A stretch of 64,000 nt of DNA, from assembly GCF_964355755.1 (NCBI RefSeq), contig NC_092676.1, forward strand, positions 10,207,888-10,271,887, written 5' to 3'. The position numbers and the translations under genes were made by a program. This DNA is from Antedon mediterranea. Lineage: Eukaryota; Animalia; Echinodermata. The notes under the pieces are model-generated. The model made no database searches. It was not told the DNA's origin and saw nothing but the letters and a program-made list of their open reading frames with translations. This document shows positions 39,701 through 52,365 of the stretch, piece by piece. Positions within the stretch are counted from its first letter, which is position 1. Every line of letters begins with the position of its first letter.

Positions 39701-42700
39701 CTGTAATGGCAGATTTGTGTATGATCGAAGATGTGGATGTTCTGGAGGCCCTAGTCAATACAACAAACACGGGGGGAGTAATGACTAGGGCCTCCAGAAC
39801 ATCCACATCTTCGATCATACACAAATCTGCCATTACAGAACATGTCATAAAACACAATCATGTACCGAACTGGGAGGCTACCATCTTAACCAAAGAGCCT
39901 AAACGCAAAGACAGACAGATTAGAGAATCATTACATATAAGGAGAAATAAAGAGAAGACCATGAACCGGGACACTGGAGCCCACGAACTCTCGCATTTGT
40001 ACAATGATTTGATAGACACATCACCTGGCCGAGCCCCGCACAACCTCCAACCTACAACCGGCGGCGTACAACGTCATCAACAGATGACGTCAAGAATGAC
40101 CAAGCTGCATTAACACTCCGCAGTCAGTTGAGAAGGATCTCTGATAGAGATCGAAACGTTCGAGTAAGTACTCCGTTAACTTGTGCTTTTACAAAAACGA
40201 AATTTGTCATCTATACAAAATCGAAGCTAAATGAAATTCTTTCAAAAGTCGATTCTAATGATTTAAAGGGAATTGGTATTTAAATAATGGCTACAGTAAG
40301 TAACACAGAAAAATAGAAATTTATGGAACTTTTACTGTTGTCATCTGTTTAGCATCTTCAAATTAGTACCTACAGTATATTCTTCTGAAGAAGTTCTTTG
40401 TTGCACAGAAAAATAAAAACAAGAAGTAAGGTGGTGAGTTGTAAAGGTCATCGTCTCCTCCCCTCTCTTGCGTTGCTGGGGTTATTATTCTTTGATTGTT
40501 TTTTAGGGTGGGTCATTATTAGAAGGGGCATACTATTAGAGTAATGGGTTATTATTACTAATCTTAAATTAGGCACCTGAAAATAGTAACCTACCCTCAA
40601 CTTTTCCAGTCAGCAACTCATAGCAAAAAAATAAATCATTATTATATCAAAAAGAAAAGTATTATTATGGTGGTTCTTTTGTGTAAAGTAGATGAAGTTA
40701 GTTTTAGATGGGTTTAACAACAATTTGTTTGATTTAAACCATAAAGAAACTCTTATCAAGCTCAGAATTAACAGTATTAACAAGAGTGTTTAAATTTTTG
40801 TAAGAAAAGAAAATATTGCTGTCATCTGCGAATAAAATGAATTGGAGTAAAAAACTAAAAAAAAAAAACTAATGCGCAAGCATAAGCGAGAATGTTTTCA
40901 GACATGACATGCCCTCTAGAGTTTAGTTTTTTGCAAGACAATTTTTATGGTAAAGATATTTGCTTAAAGCACTTAAATATTTCAGTTTAAGCAAAAATAT
41001 AAAAAAATATATAAAGCAAATATTGATAAATGCCAACCCTGGTGACGTGCCCGAAGGGCATGGGAATGTACTTTCCGCCATTGATGTGCAGGATGATCGT
41101 GGGCTGGAAATAACCTTCTAAAACAGAAATCAGAGAGTAAACATGAGTTTGAATCTTGTTAAACCAAAATTTGGTGTTCAATATTCATCAGATTTAAATA
41201 TTGAATGGAATTTGTAAGTTTAAAGCCATATTGTAGCCAAGATAGACAGACCAATGGAACTGGTATTGATAATGGAACCTAGATACTGCATTAATATGTT
41301 ATTAATAAAAGTTCATGATGGTTGGTGTGTATGGGCAGAAAAATTAAACTGATATATGGAGTAGTAAAATTAATTAAATATAAACCAGTCGCTATGCTTC
41401 CCTTCATTTATGTGATATTCATAACTGTTTTAAATTACATTACAAGCTTATTTGTTCTTATATTTTCTATTTTAAAGGTTTATTTGAAAATATTGGAGAA
41501 AATGCAGAAATGATATCTTTACTGCAATGGATGAAATGCCATGGGTTTGAAAAGCAACATTTGAAACCAGCGATTTTTAAAGGTATTATTAATATTGATC
41601 ACTGCTAGCTTAAAAAGTGCCTGAAACATTTACACATGTTACTTGACTGTGAACTATTGTGGGTGAGTGGGCTAGTATAATAATTGATTGGCAAGTGAAA
41701 TCTACAGCTACAGCTACAGTATAATTATGAAAAAGATAAATCGAGCCCTGATAAACCAGATAAACAGCATGAAAGCTAGAGAGCATGAAACTCGAACCTA
41801 TAACAATATTCTTAAAATATTCATTTTTAAACAGCCTGACTCATAATAATGTACAGTAATCATATATTTTGTTTTTCAGAAACTGGAAGAGGGCTAATGG
41901 CAAATAAATCATTTAAGGTTTGTCACTTTAGTTTCATAGATAAAGAATAAAGTGTAATGTAAAAAAAAACTTAGTTTCTACTGTATTTAGATTTTGATCC
42001 TGTATTATAAAATAAGGACTTGATAAAAAAACACCATTTTTTTTGTTAAAATAAAAAATAAATGTTAAATGTATTATTCTGGTCTTAAGTTTAACTGGAA
42101 ACTGAGGAAATTTGGATTAGGCCCTCCACGGACCCACGGCAGCCAGCAGTGCAGGGGTTTTGTTACATACTGCTCTTTTTACCACACAGTATTATTTTTT
42201 ACCTTTATAGCCTGGTGATACTATTATTTCAATTCCAGCTGATCTTCTAATTACAACAAGTACAGTATTAAGAACAAGTATTGGACCAGTTATCCAACAG
42301 TAAGTTGCATTTAAAACATAGTAATACTTTAATAATACACTGTCACTAAATATCATGAACAAAAATTATCAAAATAAACTATTGGTGTTTCTTTATTTAA
42401 CGCAAGATTTAGCTATTATTTCAGATGACGATAGTTTTGACCATATGTAATTATAATCAAATTTAAATTGCCACAATGTGAACATGTAGTTTTTATTTGT
42501 GTATGTATACTTGGTTGGTAAATTCTTTACCAAGCATTAAAACTTTAGTCTATATGGTCCCTAGCATACCTGTATAAATGCGACTGACACATTACATGTG
42601 GTAATTGGGTTTTAACATTTTTAAATGTTAAATTACAATTTTTTCATAATTTTTCAGGAATCCTGATTTAACACCAAGACAGATCTTGTGTGTGTTTTTA

Positions 42701-45700
42701 ATACTAGAGAAACATAAAGCGTCAGCTTCGTCCTGGTGTCCTTATATATCGCAGCTACCAGATACGTACACAACTCCTTCATACTTCACAGATGATGAAC
42801 TAAAATCCTTACCAAAACATCTCCTCCAAATGGCAATATTTCAAGTAGAGACCGTAAAAGATGAATTTCAAAAAGTACAATCATTTTCACAAGCCCTCGG
42901 AAAATTGGATCCTTGTTATCCAGGATTATTAACGTATGAAGCATTCAAGTGGGCGTGGTTTGTAGTCAATACAAGATCTGTGTACATGGATCCAAGTGTC
43001 AGCCAATGGAAGTCATCATGCGAGATTGACTCGTATGCTTTAGCGCCATTCCTTGACCTGTTGAACCATTCAGCAAAAGCAAATGTAAGCGAAATTAATG
43101 TTTAATGCTTGAGATGAGTGAGGCCTGCTTCTGCTGCATTGCACCGAATAAATTGTTATTATTTTTAGACCGACAGCATTTCTGCTCAGTTTGTGCTCCC
43201 AAATAACAATTTAAATTAGTGGTTGGTCGTTGACAAAAATGTTAAGATTACACAAAATGCAAAATAACCGGTTGAATGGAGTTCTGTTTTTAATCATTGT
43301 TTACATGCTGACAGGCCTCGAATTTTACCGCGGCCAGTGCCGTCGGTGCCCTCCCAGTTGGCCTCAATGCCCTCGAAAATGAATAGCACCCACGGCCACT
43401 ACTGGCCTGCCCTTTTTTTTGCGTTGGCCGCGAGTGCCCTTCCCGAGTTTTACCAAAATAAAAACCACTGAATTAGATAGAAAATAATGTCAAGAAGATT
43501 TGTTTACACGACTCGGACGAGACGCAAAACTATCGCCTGTCTTCGTTGCAAGGGGATTTCCCTAAACGCATTTATTAATACACAACAAACAGTAAACAAA
43601 ACATCGAACATTGCAATAGGGTAACCAAAACAATATCATCCCGGCCGCCGTGCGTGGTAAATCATGGTATAGATAGTACATTAAAATACAGGGGTGTAAA
43701 CTTTTAATAATCAAGCTAAAAACGTTCCTCGATCGGAGGTTACTGAAAGTATTAAAGTCGCACAAATCGAGCTAGCCGCCTTCGATGAAAAAAATATTAC
43801 ACGCACTCGACTCCTAGCTAGCCTAGCCTATCCTCCCGCCGCCGATCCGGTCGAACACACGCAATTCAATGCATTGGGAAAACAATTCTATTTGACGCAC
43901 ACGCACCCTCTGATAAGAAATTTCACACACAACATCGTGTGAGAGTACGCGCGGAGGATCGGCGGATCGTTGGAAAAACAATTCCTTTTGACGTACACGC
44001 ACCCTCTGAGAAGAAAATACCATGTGCGTTCCTGCATGGTGTAGTCCATTATACGTGTAAAATTAGGGGTGTTTACCTTTAGCACCAAAGTTAAACCTGC
44101 ACCTCAACCCGAAGATCGTTGGAAGTATATCATATTTATATTTTATCGCACCCACCTCAATAATCCAGCAGACAGATCATCGAAAAATCTTGTTTAACAA
44201 CGTCGTACACTAAATTACCAAACGAGTTTTTACCGAATTCAAGGAAATGGTATAGTCCAGAATACACGTGCCGAAGGCAAAACAGAGAGAGAAAGGGGTC
44301 GGTGTCCGTCCGTGTTTTGAATTCTTATAAATATGGGTATACTACCAAAAAAGCTTCAGAAATCGAAACTCGGAAAATAACTATAATTTATATTCTACTA
44401 CATAATGTAATTGGCTTGATTTTTACCGTGGTTAACACTCTGTGTATGAATAGTTGTAGGTAAGGCCTACAAACAAATTGTTTTTGTATCTATCATGTTT
44501 TCTCCGTCGGCTGCTAGCTAAGTAAGGCTGAGTAGCTTGCTGTTGTAAGGGTTTTTATACCTGTTCCGGGCCTTAGGCCTACTTGGTTGGCTTCACATGC
44601 CTTTTTATCGCATTATTTGAAACTAAACGAAACATTCAACACAGGGCGGTAAACTATAAACGCTGAACATCGTACCTATTTATTATTTATATGGATCGTA
44701 AATACACGTAATATTTATATGAAATACAAAAAGATGTATTGTAGACAGTCCTACTACTACTCCGCGATCTGATGAATAGGGGGAAATCCCAAAACATTTT
44801 GCGGGTAGAATTTTTTTTTTTTGAAAAAAATTCCACCCTCAACCGGAAACAAGCTATTTTAAAATTTTGTGCCTAGTTATTAAAATATTTTTTAATTTTG
44901 GCCTTGGTGCCCCTTTGATTTAAAACAAATGGCCTTGGTGCCCTCCCATTTGGCCTTGGTGCCCCTAAAATCAATGAAAACCGGAGGCCAAATGGCCTTG
45001 CCCCTAAAATCCCCAAATTCGAGGCCTGTGCTGACAGGTTTCTGCTGCCAAGAAATAAACAGTTACTAACCGGTTTATTTTTTCACAGCAGAAATAAATT
45101 CAATGTTATTAAAGATATATTGTCCCCAGAAAAAAAAAGGTATTGGTTCAGGGGCGGTCGCAGGACTATTTTAAGGGGGTTGCCCAGAGTTAATAGAAAC
45201 CAAGTATATGCAAATTTTTTTTTAATGACACCTCTAGGTGGCCGGAAATAGTACTCTCACATAAAATTCACGATAAATAGCACCTCTAGTTTTAGCCGGA
45301 AATGACACTCTATATCTATCGGGCTACAGTAGTAAACAGCAGTATTTATCCCGCCTATTTTTTCCGCCGGTAAAACACACACGACTAAGGATAACATTTT
45401 TTGCGTTGCGAACGTCAGAGAAAGTCCTCGACGAAGGTACTTCCGGTAAGGTAATATTATTATAGCAATTATAATCAATGAATACAAATTAATTACTAGT
45501 AGGACTTATATTATCAATTAATAATTTTTAAAAAGTAAGACAAAAAAATGTGAAGCTGCTATAAATAAATTGAGCAAATCTTTGAATTGTATTATTTTGA
45601 AATAAATCCTAAATACGTCAGTAAAACAACAAACATTTAGACATTTTATGTCCGACAATGGGTTTTTGGTTAAATGTAATTGTTTATTTTTTTTAAAGTG

Positions 45701-48700
45701 ATTCAATTTTTTTTATTTGTACGGAAGTGAATAACTTTATTAAATATGCAAAATGGCCTATTCGAATTCTGGCTTTCTTATTTTCATTTTCCATGTTTTT
45801 GGGGAACAATACATCTTTAAACTATGTTTAACACCATTAATAAGTTTCTTATTTTTCTTTTTCCTATCTATACAAAATATTACATTTTTTCATTTCAGGT
45901 AACAGCTGGTTTTAAGAAAAAATCAAATTGTTATGAGATTGTAACCCACAACACCTATGCAAAGTATGACCAAGTGTTTATATGTTATGGTCCCCACGGT
46001 AACGAGAACTTGTTGCTAGAATATGGTTTTATTGTTCCAGCCAACCCCAACACAAGTGTAAACATCCCTTTTGGTAAATATACATTCTGTATTTCCCTAA
46101 ACAGCACACATAATGCCCCATTGGCACTTGCATGCATTTTGGTCAGCATTTCTCCACATTCAATGTGTGGCAATGCAGGTCATTTAAAGGCGCTTATTAG
46201 TTACAATTGCATTGTTACGTATGCTGGATCACAAGGTCTGCATGTGCAAGCTATGTGTGTATCATTAAAAAACTATGCAGGTAGCATGTGCATCTTTGTT
46301 TTTTAAATAAAAAAATAAGGATTATTATTATTACAGCGATGTATTTTGCTTAAGCTGCCCTGTCCAGAATTTTCATATCTTTGTTGTTTTTTTTTGTATA
46401 ATGGTATTGATTTTATCTTCGCCAAATAAACGAAACAAACAAATCGAAAACTATGACAATAAAATACCCACTAGTGGTCCTGATTTAATCAGAACTTTCC
46501 CAATTTCCAATGTCAAAAACACACACAAATTGAGGCCAGATTATAAAATTTTTAAAATATGCCTTCCCTAATTTGGATAATCAAATGTTGGCAGGTATGC
46601 GATGTCCCATCCATCTCAAGCTACTCCTCATAACTTTCACCATTGTTTTTACTCTCGTTCGTTTCACTTTCAGATCTATTTATTTCAAGACATACTTCAC
46701 AATATAATTCTAAAGTAATTACACCAATATCGATCATTTTTATAATGGCATCGCTTCTTTCCGTTCTATTATTTTATATCACTTAGTTAACCTGTAATAT
46801 CATTTTTCTATGTTCGATATCATCTTGTTTTTCTGTCTGTTTTAATGAATTATACTTTTTATCTAAAGTAGTTATTTTATTAAGAGTTGAACCAGCCTGT
46901 TAGTGGCGATGATTCGCTGTTGGTTTGGAGTGAAATAAATAAATAAATTCCATGCCACACATGTTTCTTATATTTACCCTTTCTAATCCGTAATCTTCAA
47001 AGTTTGTTTGTTCATTGTCCCATGACCTAGGTGGTCATAGGGGCATAACAGACAAGATACAGTATTACTTATAGTGATACGACACTCGGGCATACGCCAT
47101 ATCTCCTCTCCGGGCTGGCGGGAGTTTTTGCTGGATGGCCGTCGTTGGTTTTCCTGAACCGACGCCCTTGTCCAACCACCCCACCCTCCAAACCATGCTC
47201 CTAAAGGAGTTGATGTGGGTACCGGTTTGGTCGCCAGTGTGTGACAGTGGCTGTGTGTGTACTAGTACACAGGGGTAACCCGCTAATTGTCTTGAAAGAT
47301 GTACTAGGTTCTTTAAAGTGCACATGAACCTTATCTGAGAAGACTTCTCTTACCTCCAGAAACATGGAGCGAGTGAGCCTCGAACCCTTGCTGATGTTAT
47401 GGCTACGTACGGTTCCACTGTCTTAACCGCTCGGCCACTCACTTCACTTCAAAGTATATATTTATAAATTAGTTTTCAATTTCAGATTTGATTAAGGACT
47501 TGGTAAACCGTGAACAATTAGATGCAAGAATTCAGTTTTTAAAAGAAAACTTTGAAGTGTCATGGTTGAGCAAGCTAACTTGTGGTGCTGATGGTGTATC
47601 TTGGCCATTCATTGTCACATTGAGAGTCTTGTGTACTCACAGTGCTGACAGGTATTGCACCAAATCTTTTTATTTTTTGGATTAAATAAATAACATCAGC
47701 AATGATGATCAAACACATGTTGTGTAGTTCTATTAATTTATAGCACAATAAAAATGAATCCACTTAATTTCAGAAACACTGTTTACTCTTACCTATTCAG
47801 TCCATTTACAATATGTTATTTTCAATTCATTTCGGTCATCTTCCATTGTGTCTTATCTTGAGCATGTATGCTTATTTTTATGCAACAATGACATTTGAGT
47901 ATATGTCTAAAAAAATCTGAAATATCAATTAAATTGAATGTTGTTAATTTTCAGGAGTTATTGGCAACGCATTACTTTAGGGCTGGAATCCATGACAACT
48001 GACGAACTGAATTCTATTAAACACATGGCTGATTGCATCTTACAAAGTATTTTGATAGAGATCACAAAAAAGGTAGGTCTGAAGTTTTGCAGAATTAAAT
48101 CAGCCTAGAATTAGGTCTCCAGGATAATGGCATGTATTAGTGATGTTCTCTACATCTTTCAACAAGTATTTATAGTAAACAATTGATATGTTTGAAAACC
48201 CCTTCTTATAGTTGAAAAACTGGGGCTTAATTGATATAATCAACACTAATCAGGGGAAAATTTGCCCTTTAGAGGGAGAGTGTCTTGAAATATTGCAAAA
48301 TGACTGGAGAGTTGGCAGTGGGACAGCCAGTCGACAAATCGTGTCAAATTTCGACTCGGAGAGGGCGCCCTACTTTTCTAATTTAGTTCAAAATGGCTAA
48401 ATTTTAGGGTGTTGGAAAAACACAATATTTGTAAATTTAGTTGATTATCGGAAAAATGTTGTTAGTGAAATAAATTCATAAATGGTTTTAATATATTGTC
48501 ATGTAAAATTAAATGTATTTGAACAAAACGATAATCTGTAATTTAACGGCAAAATCAACCAATGTCTTTTTTCCGAAATTGTACCCTAGAAAATCATTAA
48601 AATAAAATATTTAGAAAAATTGAACAGTCCTGAATTTAAAATCCCTGTTAGAAAAATTAATAATCTACAGAATACGATATTAAGATACAAAATTCGGTGG

Positions 48701-51055
48701 TTGGGATGCAGCTCCGACTATTCAAACTAAAGGTACCACTATTTGTTCCATCGAAAACTAGCGAAACCGCCATTTTGTAAACACATCGTCATCGTGTTTA
48801 TGAATTTATTTATAGCGAACGATATACGCGATGTTTATAATTGTCCGCGTATAAGAATTCATATAAATAAATACATTCCAATACAACGTATATTATTACT
48901 TGTTTATTTATCACAGTAAACATTTTAGTTGAGGAATATTTATCATAACTATTATAATAGCTTTTATACGAGTCCGAGGCCTAGCCCTATTAGCGAGCGA
49001 TTGTTCCAGGGGCGGAAAGTCACTTAGTGACGTTGTGATCGGGCGCATCGGGCCTAGCTAATATTAATAATACGACCTGAAATAAGCGGCTAACAAGAAC
49101 TGTTATATACTTGCTTACAATTGTTTTGTTATTGATGAACAAACAAGCAATTAGATTGAATAACAAATTATTTATTCATTTTTTTTTGGAGTAAAAACAT
49201 GTACAAACTAGGCCTAGGGGCCTAGTACTGTATAATATAAATTAATAGTAATATTAAACTAATACAGTATTAATAAAATATAAAATAGGCCTAACATACA
49301 ATAAATATTCAATTTTTAAGGTCTACCACATGACAATAACATAATTTACAGAGTATAGTGTAGTAGGTTTGCATTCAACATAAATATTTGTATTGTAATT
49401 CATCTAAATCCTCTGCAACATACATATATATTTGTAATTCAACATTTTGTTTTAAATTCAAGATTCAAGAAATTTTTTTTTTTTTTTTTTTTATTTGTCC
49501 ATAAAATTAATAATATAAATTAATAGTAATATTAAACTAATACAGTATTAATAAAATATAAAATAGGCCTAACATACAATAAATATTCAATTTTTAAGGT
49601 CTACCACATGACAATAACATAATTTACAGAGTATAGTGTAGTAGGTTTGCATTCAACATAAATATTTGTATTGTAATTCATCTAAATCCTCTGCAACATA
49701 CATATATATGTATTATTATTATTACTATTAATTTATATATTGTCCATAATTAAATTATAGTTTGGGTATGACAATGTCGGTAGGTACCGGTGTCATCTTT
49801 TTATCCACTTCACTCTCAGTTTGAAGTCACAAAGACAAAGAACTCTGCATCATCAACGATTCCTGAAAGTGTCAGAAAAAATAATAAATATTATTTAAAA
49901 AAAATGTTAATGTCTGGTTGTATATATAATTATAATATTATATGATGACATAAAAGTAAGGCAAATGGAAGCTGTATTTTATTAATTAAATTACAGTATT
50001 TACTATTATTATTTATATAATCTAGGCCTACTAGTAGCCTAGCTAGGCATCTATTGAGCCTAATAAATCAAATAATAAATGAAAAATAAAATAATAATAT
50101 TAATACTGATTGAAAAAAAGTATTTTTTGGGGGGGATCAGATCACCAGGCTAGGCCGGCCAGGACCAATGATACTCGTAATCAGTACAACTTAACGACTA
50201 TCGGATCAGCATCAACACAGTACCAACACATGTCTCGCTATCGCCTATACTGACACACGTGTCTCGCGTTGCCGAAACCACGCTCACAGCTAGAAAATGT
50301 ACCTACCTTTCGAGGCCTGAGAATACACCAACACATTTTGAACAGGATAGAAATATATCATACTCGATTAAACTAATATTATTCTTGATAAAACAATTGA
50401 TTACAATTTTTTTAATTTGTTGGGATGCACCTCCGACTATTCAGAAAATGGACAACAAAACAGTAGTCAAATCGTACCACATTTATAAATTTCACGAGTC
50501 CCGACTTCAGTCGCCGAATGTATTGTATTAGCTTCGGTTTCTTTGAAGAAAACCGATTGGTTATTCAATTATACTTATTAGGAAATGCTTTTACCATAAT
50601 AGGTAATGTTGGGCGGTTCTTAAATATTCATGAGAGCTTAAAATAAAACAGCACTTATTTGCTAGGCGACGAAAAATCGTGGTTTCAGTTTTCAACGATA
50701 GGTGGCGCTTCAAAATCGTCAATGCGGAAGTAAGTCGATTTTACACGATTTAACGGTCAAAACGCGAAGTGGCTTTCCCACTGTTGGGAGGTCTGACAAA
50801 TTAACAATCTAGTCCTTGCAAGTTTCCTTGAAAATACATAAATCATAAATAAATATTATTCACCTTAGAGCATATATTACACCTAATCTAATTGACTCTT
50901 TGTTTTTATTCCAATCTCCTTATTTTCTGTCTTTACAGATAGGTAACCTTTGTAGTGGAGAACATTTTACACTGTTGGATGACTTTCTAAAAGAACAGTT
51001 GCATATAGTAGCAACAAGCAAAAACCTGCTAGACCAACTTGCAGTCTCATTCTAA
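21745..51055 (+). CDS. SETD4: SET domain-containing protein 4 (lysine methyltransferase), about 439 aa
   Basis: Exons 21745-21829 (MNRFIDRSKKSRYGRTSRKRRQKS, GTTCGT donor inferred from phase), 41478-41582, 41880-41917 (ETGRGLMA), 42211-42299, 42658-43084 (WCPYISQLP...WAWFVVNTRSVY...ALAPFLDLLNHS), 45899-46073 (QVFICYGPHGNENLLLEYGF), 47486-47651, 47955-48072, 50939-51055 (TAA). Total 1320 nt in frame. GRTSRxRR matches the SETD4 N-terminus. Confidence 0.9.
22174..22854. mobile_element. Tc1/mariner-pogo-type MITE inserted in the left foldback arm
   Basis: 25-bp perfect TIR CCGTACTGACGCGGGTATAAGCCCA with a TA TSD and internal repeats of CGGGTATAAGCCCA. Removing it restores colinearity with the right arm. 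Confidence 0.9.
22859..23527 (+). repeat. 20-bp minisatellite, about 33 copies
   Basis: Unit GACAAAATT(C/A)ATT(C/T)TGT(GTA/AAC/GGC); each unit is a quasi-palindrome. Confidence 0.95.
24114..24905 (-). mobile_element. 5'-truncated LINE (CR1/L2/Jockey group), ORF2 C-terminal fragment
   Basis: ORF 24844-24365 reads LYKALILPVVTYCCCMWAP...LERVQRKATRII...WEQLPNEIK, the typical post-RT C-terminus. An AATAAA plus (TTA)n tail lies at 24114-24140. Confidence 0.85.
28771..29216. repeat. 446-bp direct duplicate of 24607-25052 (LINE fragment plus Kolobok-like end)
   Basis: Identical by eye, including the LINE/host junction. It gives the truncated ORF 29008-28751. Confidence 0.9.
29546..37056 (-). mobile_element. 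Array of five Helentron-associated (HINE/DINE-1-like) ~1.5-kb elements with four stacked terminal hairpins
   Basis: Units start with ACTAGA at 29546, 30721, 32216, 33741 and 35260. Intact units carry the stem-loop ACTCGTCA-CTT-TGACGAGT and the subTIR TAGTTATCCGC. Matching TTATCCGC...GCGGATAA hairpins lie at 36810-36841, 36887-36917, 36961-36986 and 37032-37052. A partial copy is at 28330-28773. Confidence 0.82.
38568..39036 (-). repeat. 20-bp minisatellite, about 23 copies, inverted relative to 22859-23527
   Basis: Unit ACAGAAT(G/T)AATTTTGTC(TAC/CAC/GTT) is the reverse complement of the left array unit. Confidence 0.95.
39074..39258 (-). mobile_element. Fragment of the Mutator-type MITE family seen at 19948-20564
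   Basis: Diverged reverse complement of about 19995-20182 (TTTTGTCACACATGACGGCGATAATAGCGATAAAT...GCAATTTTACCGTACCTT). Confidence 0.75.
39326..40245. mobile_element. Penelope-like retroelement: two 5'-truncated copies in inverted orientation
   Basis: Arms 39324-39757 and 39782-40215 are inverted, with one mismatch seen. Each encodes a GIY-YIG C-terminus (KSAITEHVIKHNHVPNW...RQIRESLHIRRNKEKTMNRDTG...LSHLYNDLI). A 12-bp TSD AAGTCGATTCTA is at 39314-39325 and 40246-40257. Confidence 0.9.
43312..45028 (+). mobile_element. Non-autonomous hAT-like DNA transposon in SETD4 intron 5
   Basis: 14-bp TIR CAGGCCTCGAATTT/AAATTCGAGGCCTG, subterminal GGCCTTGGTGCCC repeats, and flanking direct repeat TGCTGA(CA). 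Confidence 0.85.
45113..45816 (+). mobile_element. Kolobok-like non-autonomous element
   Basis: TTAA|AGATATATTGTCCCC ... GGGGAACAATACATCT|TTAA. Confidence 0.7.
47050..47447 (-). mobile_element. tRNA-derived SINE
   Basis: Minus-strand head GTGGCCGAGCGGTTAAG (A box)...GGGTTCGAGGCTC (B box), then the core GCACTTTAAAGAACCTAGTACATCTTT shared with about 2275-2300. Confidence 0.72.
48316..50783. mobile_element. Non-autonomous DNA transposon with 4-bp TSD (possibly Chapaev/CMC group) in SETD4 intron 8
   Basis: TIR CAGTGGGACAGCCA / TGGCTTTCCCACTG (13 of 14 match), flanked by TTGG on both sides. Contains an internal ~200-bp direct repeat (about 49233-49430 vs 49511-49709). Confidence 0.65.
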
Positions 51056-51664
51056 CATTATAAATTCCACTCAGCCAGGGTTTACTTTCAATGTAACATG
51101 AAAACTCTTCTGAAAGGTAAGTGATTTTTATACATTTTAAGGTGTCTAAATAGAGAGAACGTAAACATTAACTTTAACGGATGACGTCAACATTCTACTG
51201 GTTTGGATAACAACGTAGTTCAGCTGCTTTAACATACTGTATTTGTTTGATTTCGCTTCAATGTGAAGTTTAGAATGCAATGTGTCAAGCACACAACATA
51301 CAGTACGCCACTCTCATAAAAAAAAATTATGGTGTGCCTTGGGCCTAGAGACTAGGTATTTTTAAAACTTGAATATTTGGTGATAAATAACATATGTTTG
51401 GTTTAATTAAAACATCTTTAAATTTACTATTTGTTTCTTTATTCGGCATTAATTTAAAGTTTTTTTCCATGTTTTGATACCCATCAGTTAACCTTTTTCA
51501 TTGATGCTATTTTTCAGAAATAAGGTTGTAGACTCGCGTAGCTAAGGTTTTCCGTAAAAACGAGCAGAGCTCCAAGTTGAATTTTGGAAATTAGCGTTGA
51601 GGTTAATGTTTACATGCTCGTGCAAAACTCCTAATATTTTCAAAATGGAGGTAGTAGCTTGAAC

Positions 51665-52365
51665 TTTCTCTCTGTTTCCGGCACAGAATTAAATCAACCA
51701 ATAGTTTAACAATATCAGCATATTTTGGTACAAATTTCCTGTAATAGCCAGTTAATCCAAGAAATGATCCGACTTAGTTCTTGGACAAAGGTCTGGGGAA
51801 CTTTTCCACAGTCTCAACCTTACTGACGATAGGTCTAATTTCTTTGTTACAAATCTTTTGTCCCAGAAATGCTACCTATGCATAGTTTACCATTTCAAAG
51901 GCTTTGCTGTCGGCCAAGCACTACTGGAATGTTTCTAATAGTACATAATTCGGATGAAAAATATAGTCTTCCCAAGTTTGACTATAAAAACATATGTCAT
52001 CTAATATGTGCCTTAGCATATTTCTCAGTACCTTGTAACACCTTATCCATTAATCTTGGTAAATTACTAAACTATTTTGCATACCAAATGGAAATACATT
52101 GTTACAATACTGCCCAAATTGTATGTTGATTTTTCTTTAGTCTTAGGATCCAGAGGCACATGGTAAAATGACTTTGTTAGATCTAACATAGTTATACTGC
52201 AGATGATACCTCACCCAACATTTCGTCTATGTAGGGCATAACATAAGAATCAAATTGTGTAGTCTTATTTAGTGATCTAAAATCTGTCACCATTTTAATT
52301 TGATTCTAAGTATGATAATGGTTGCAGCAACTAACTGTAGGTTTTATTATACCCATAGCCAACAT
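51665..52365 (-). mobile_element. Degenerate Ty3/Gypsy pol (reverse transcriptase) fragment
   Basis: Frameshifted minus-strand translation: MVTDFRSLNKTTQFDSYVMPYIDEML...LDLTKSFYHVPL...FPFGMQN...RLMDKVLQG...KAHI/DDICFYSQTWED...SFLGLTGYYRKFVPKYA. No LTRs were seen. Confidence 0.82.

Noticed and set aside
39426-40113. Two near-identical 143-aa ORFs on opposite strands as a duplicated host gene
   Set aside because: They are a product of the Penelope palindrome. The N-terminal part is the antisense of the opposite arm.
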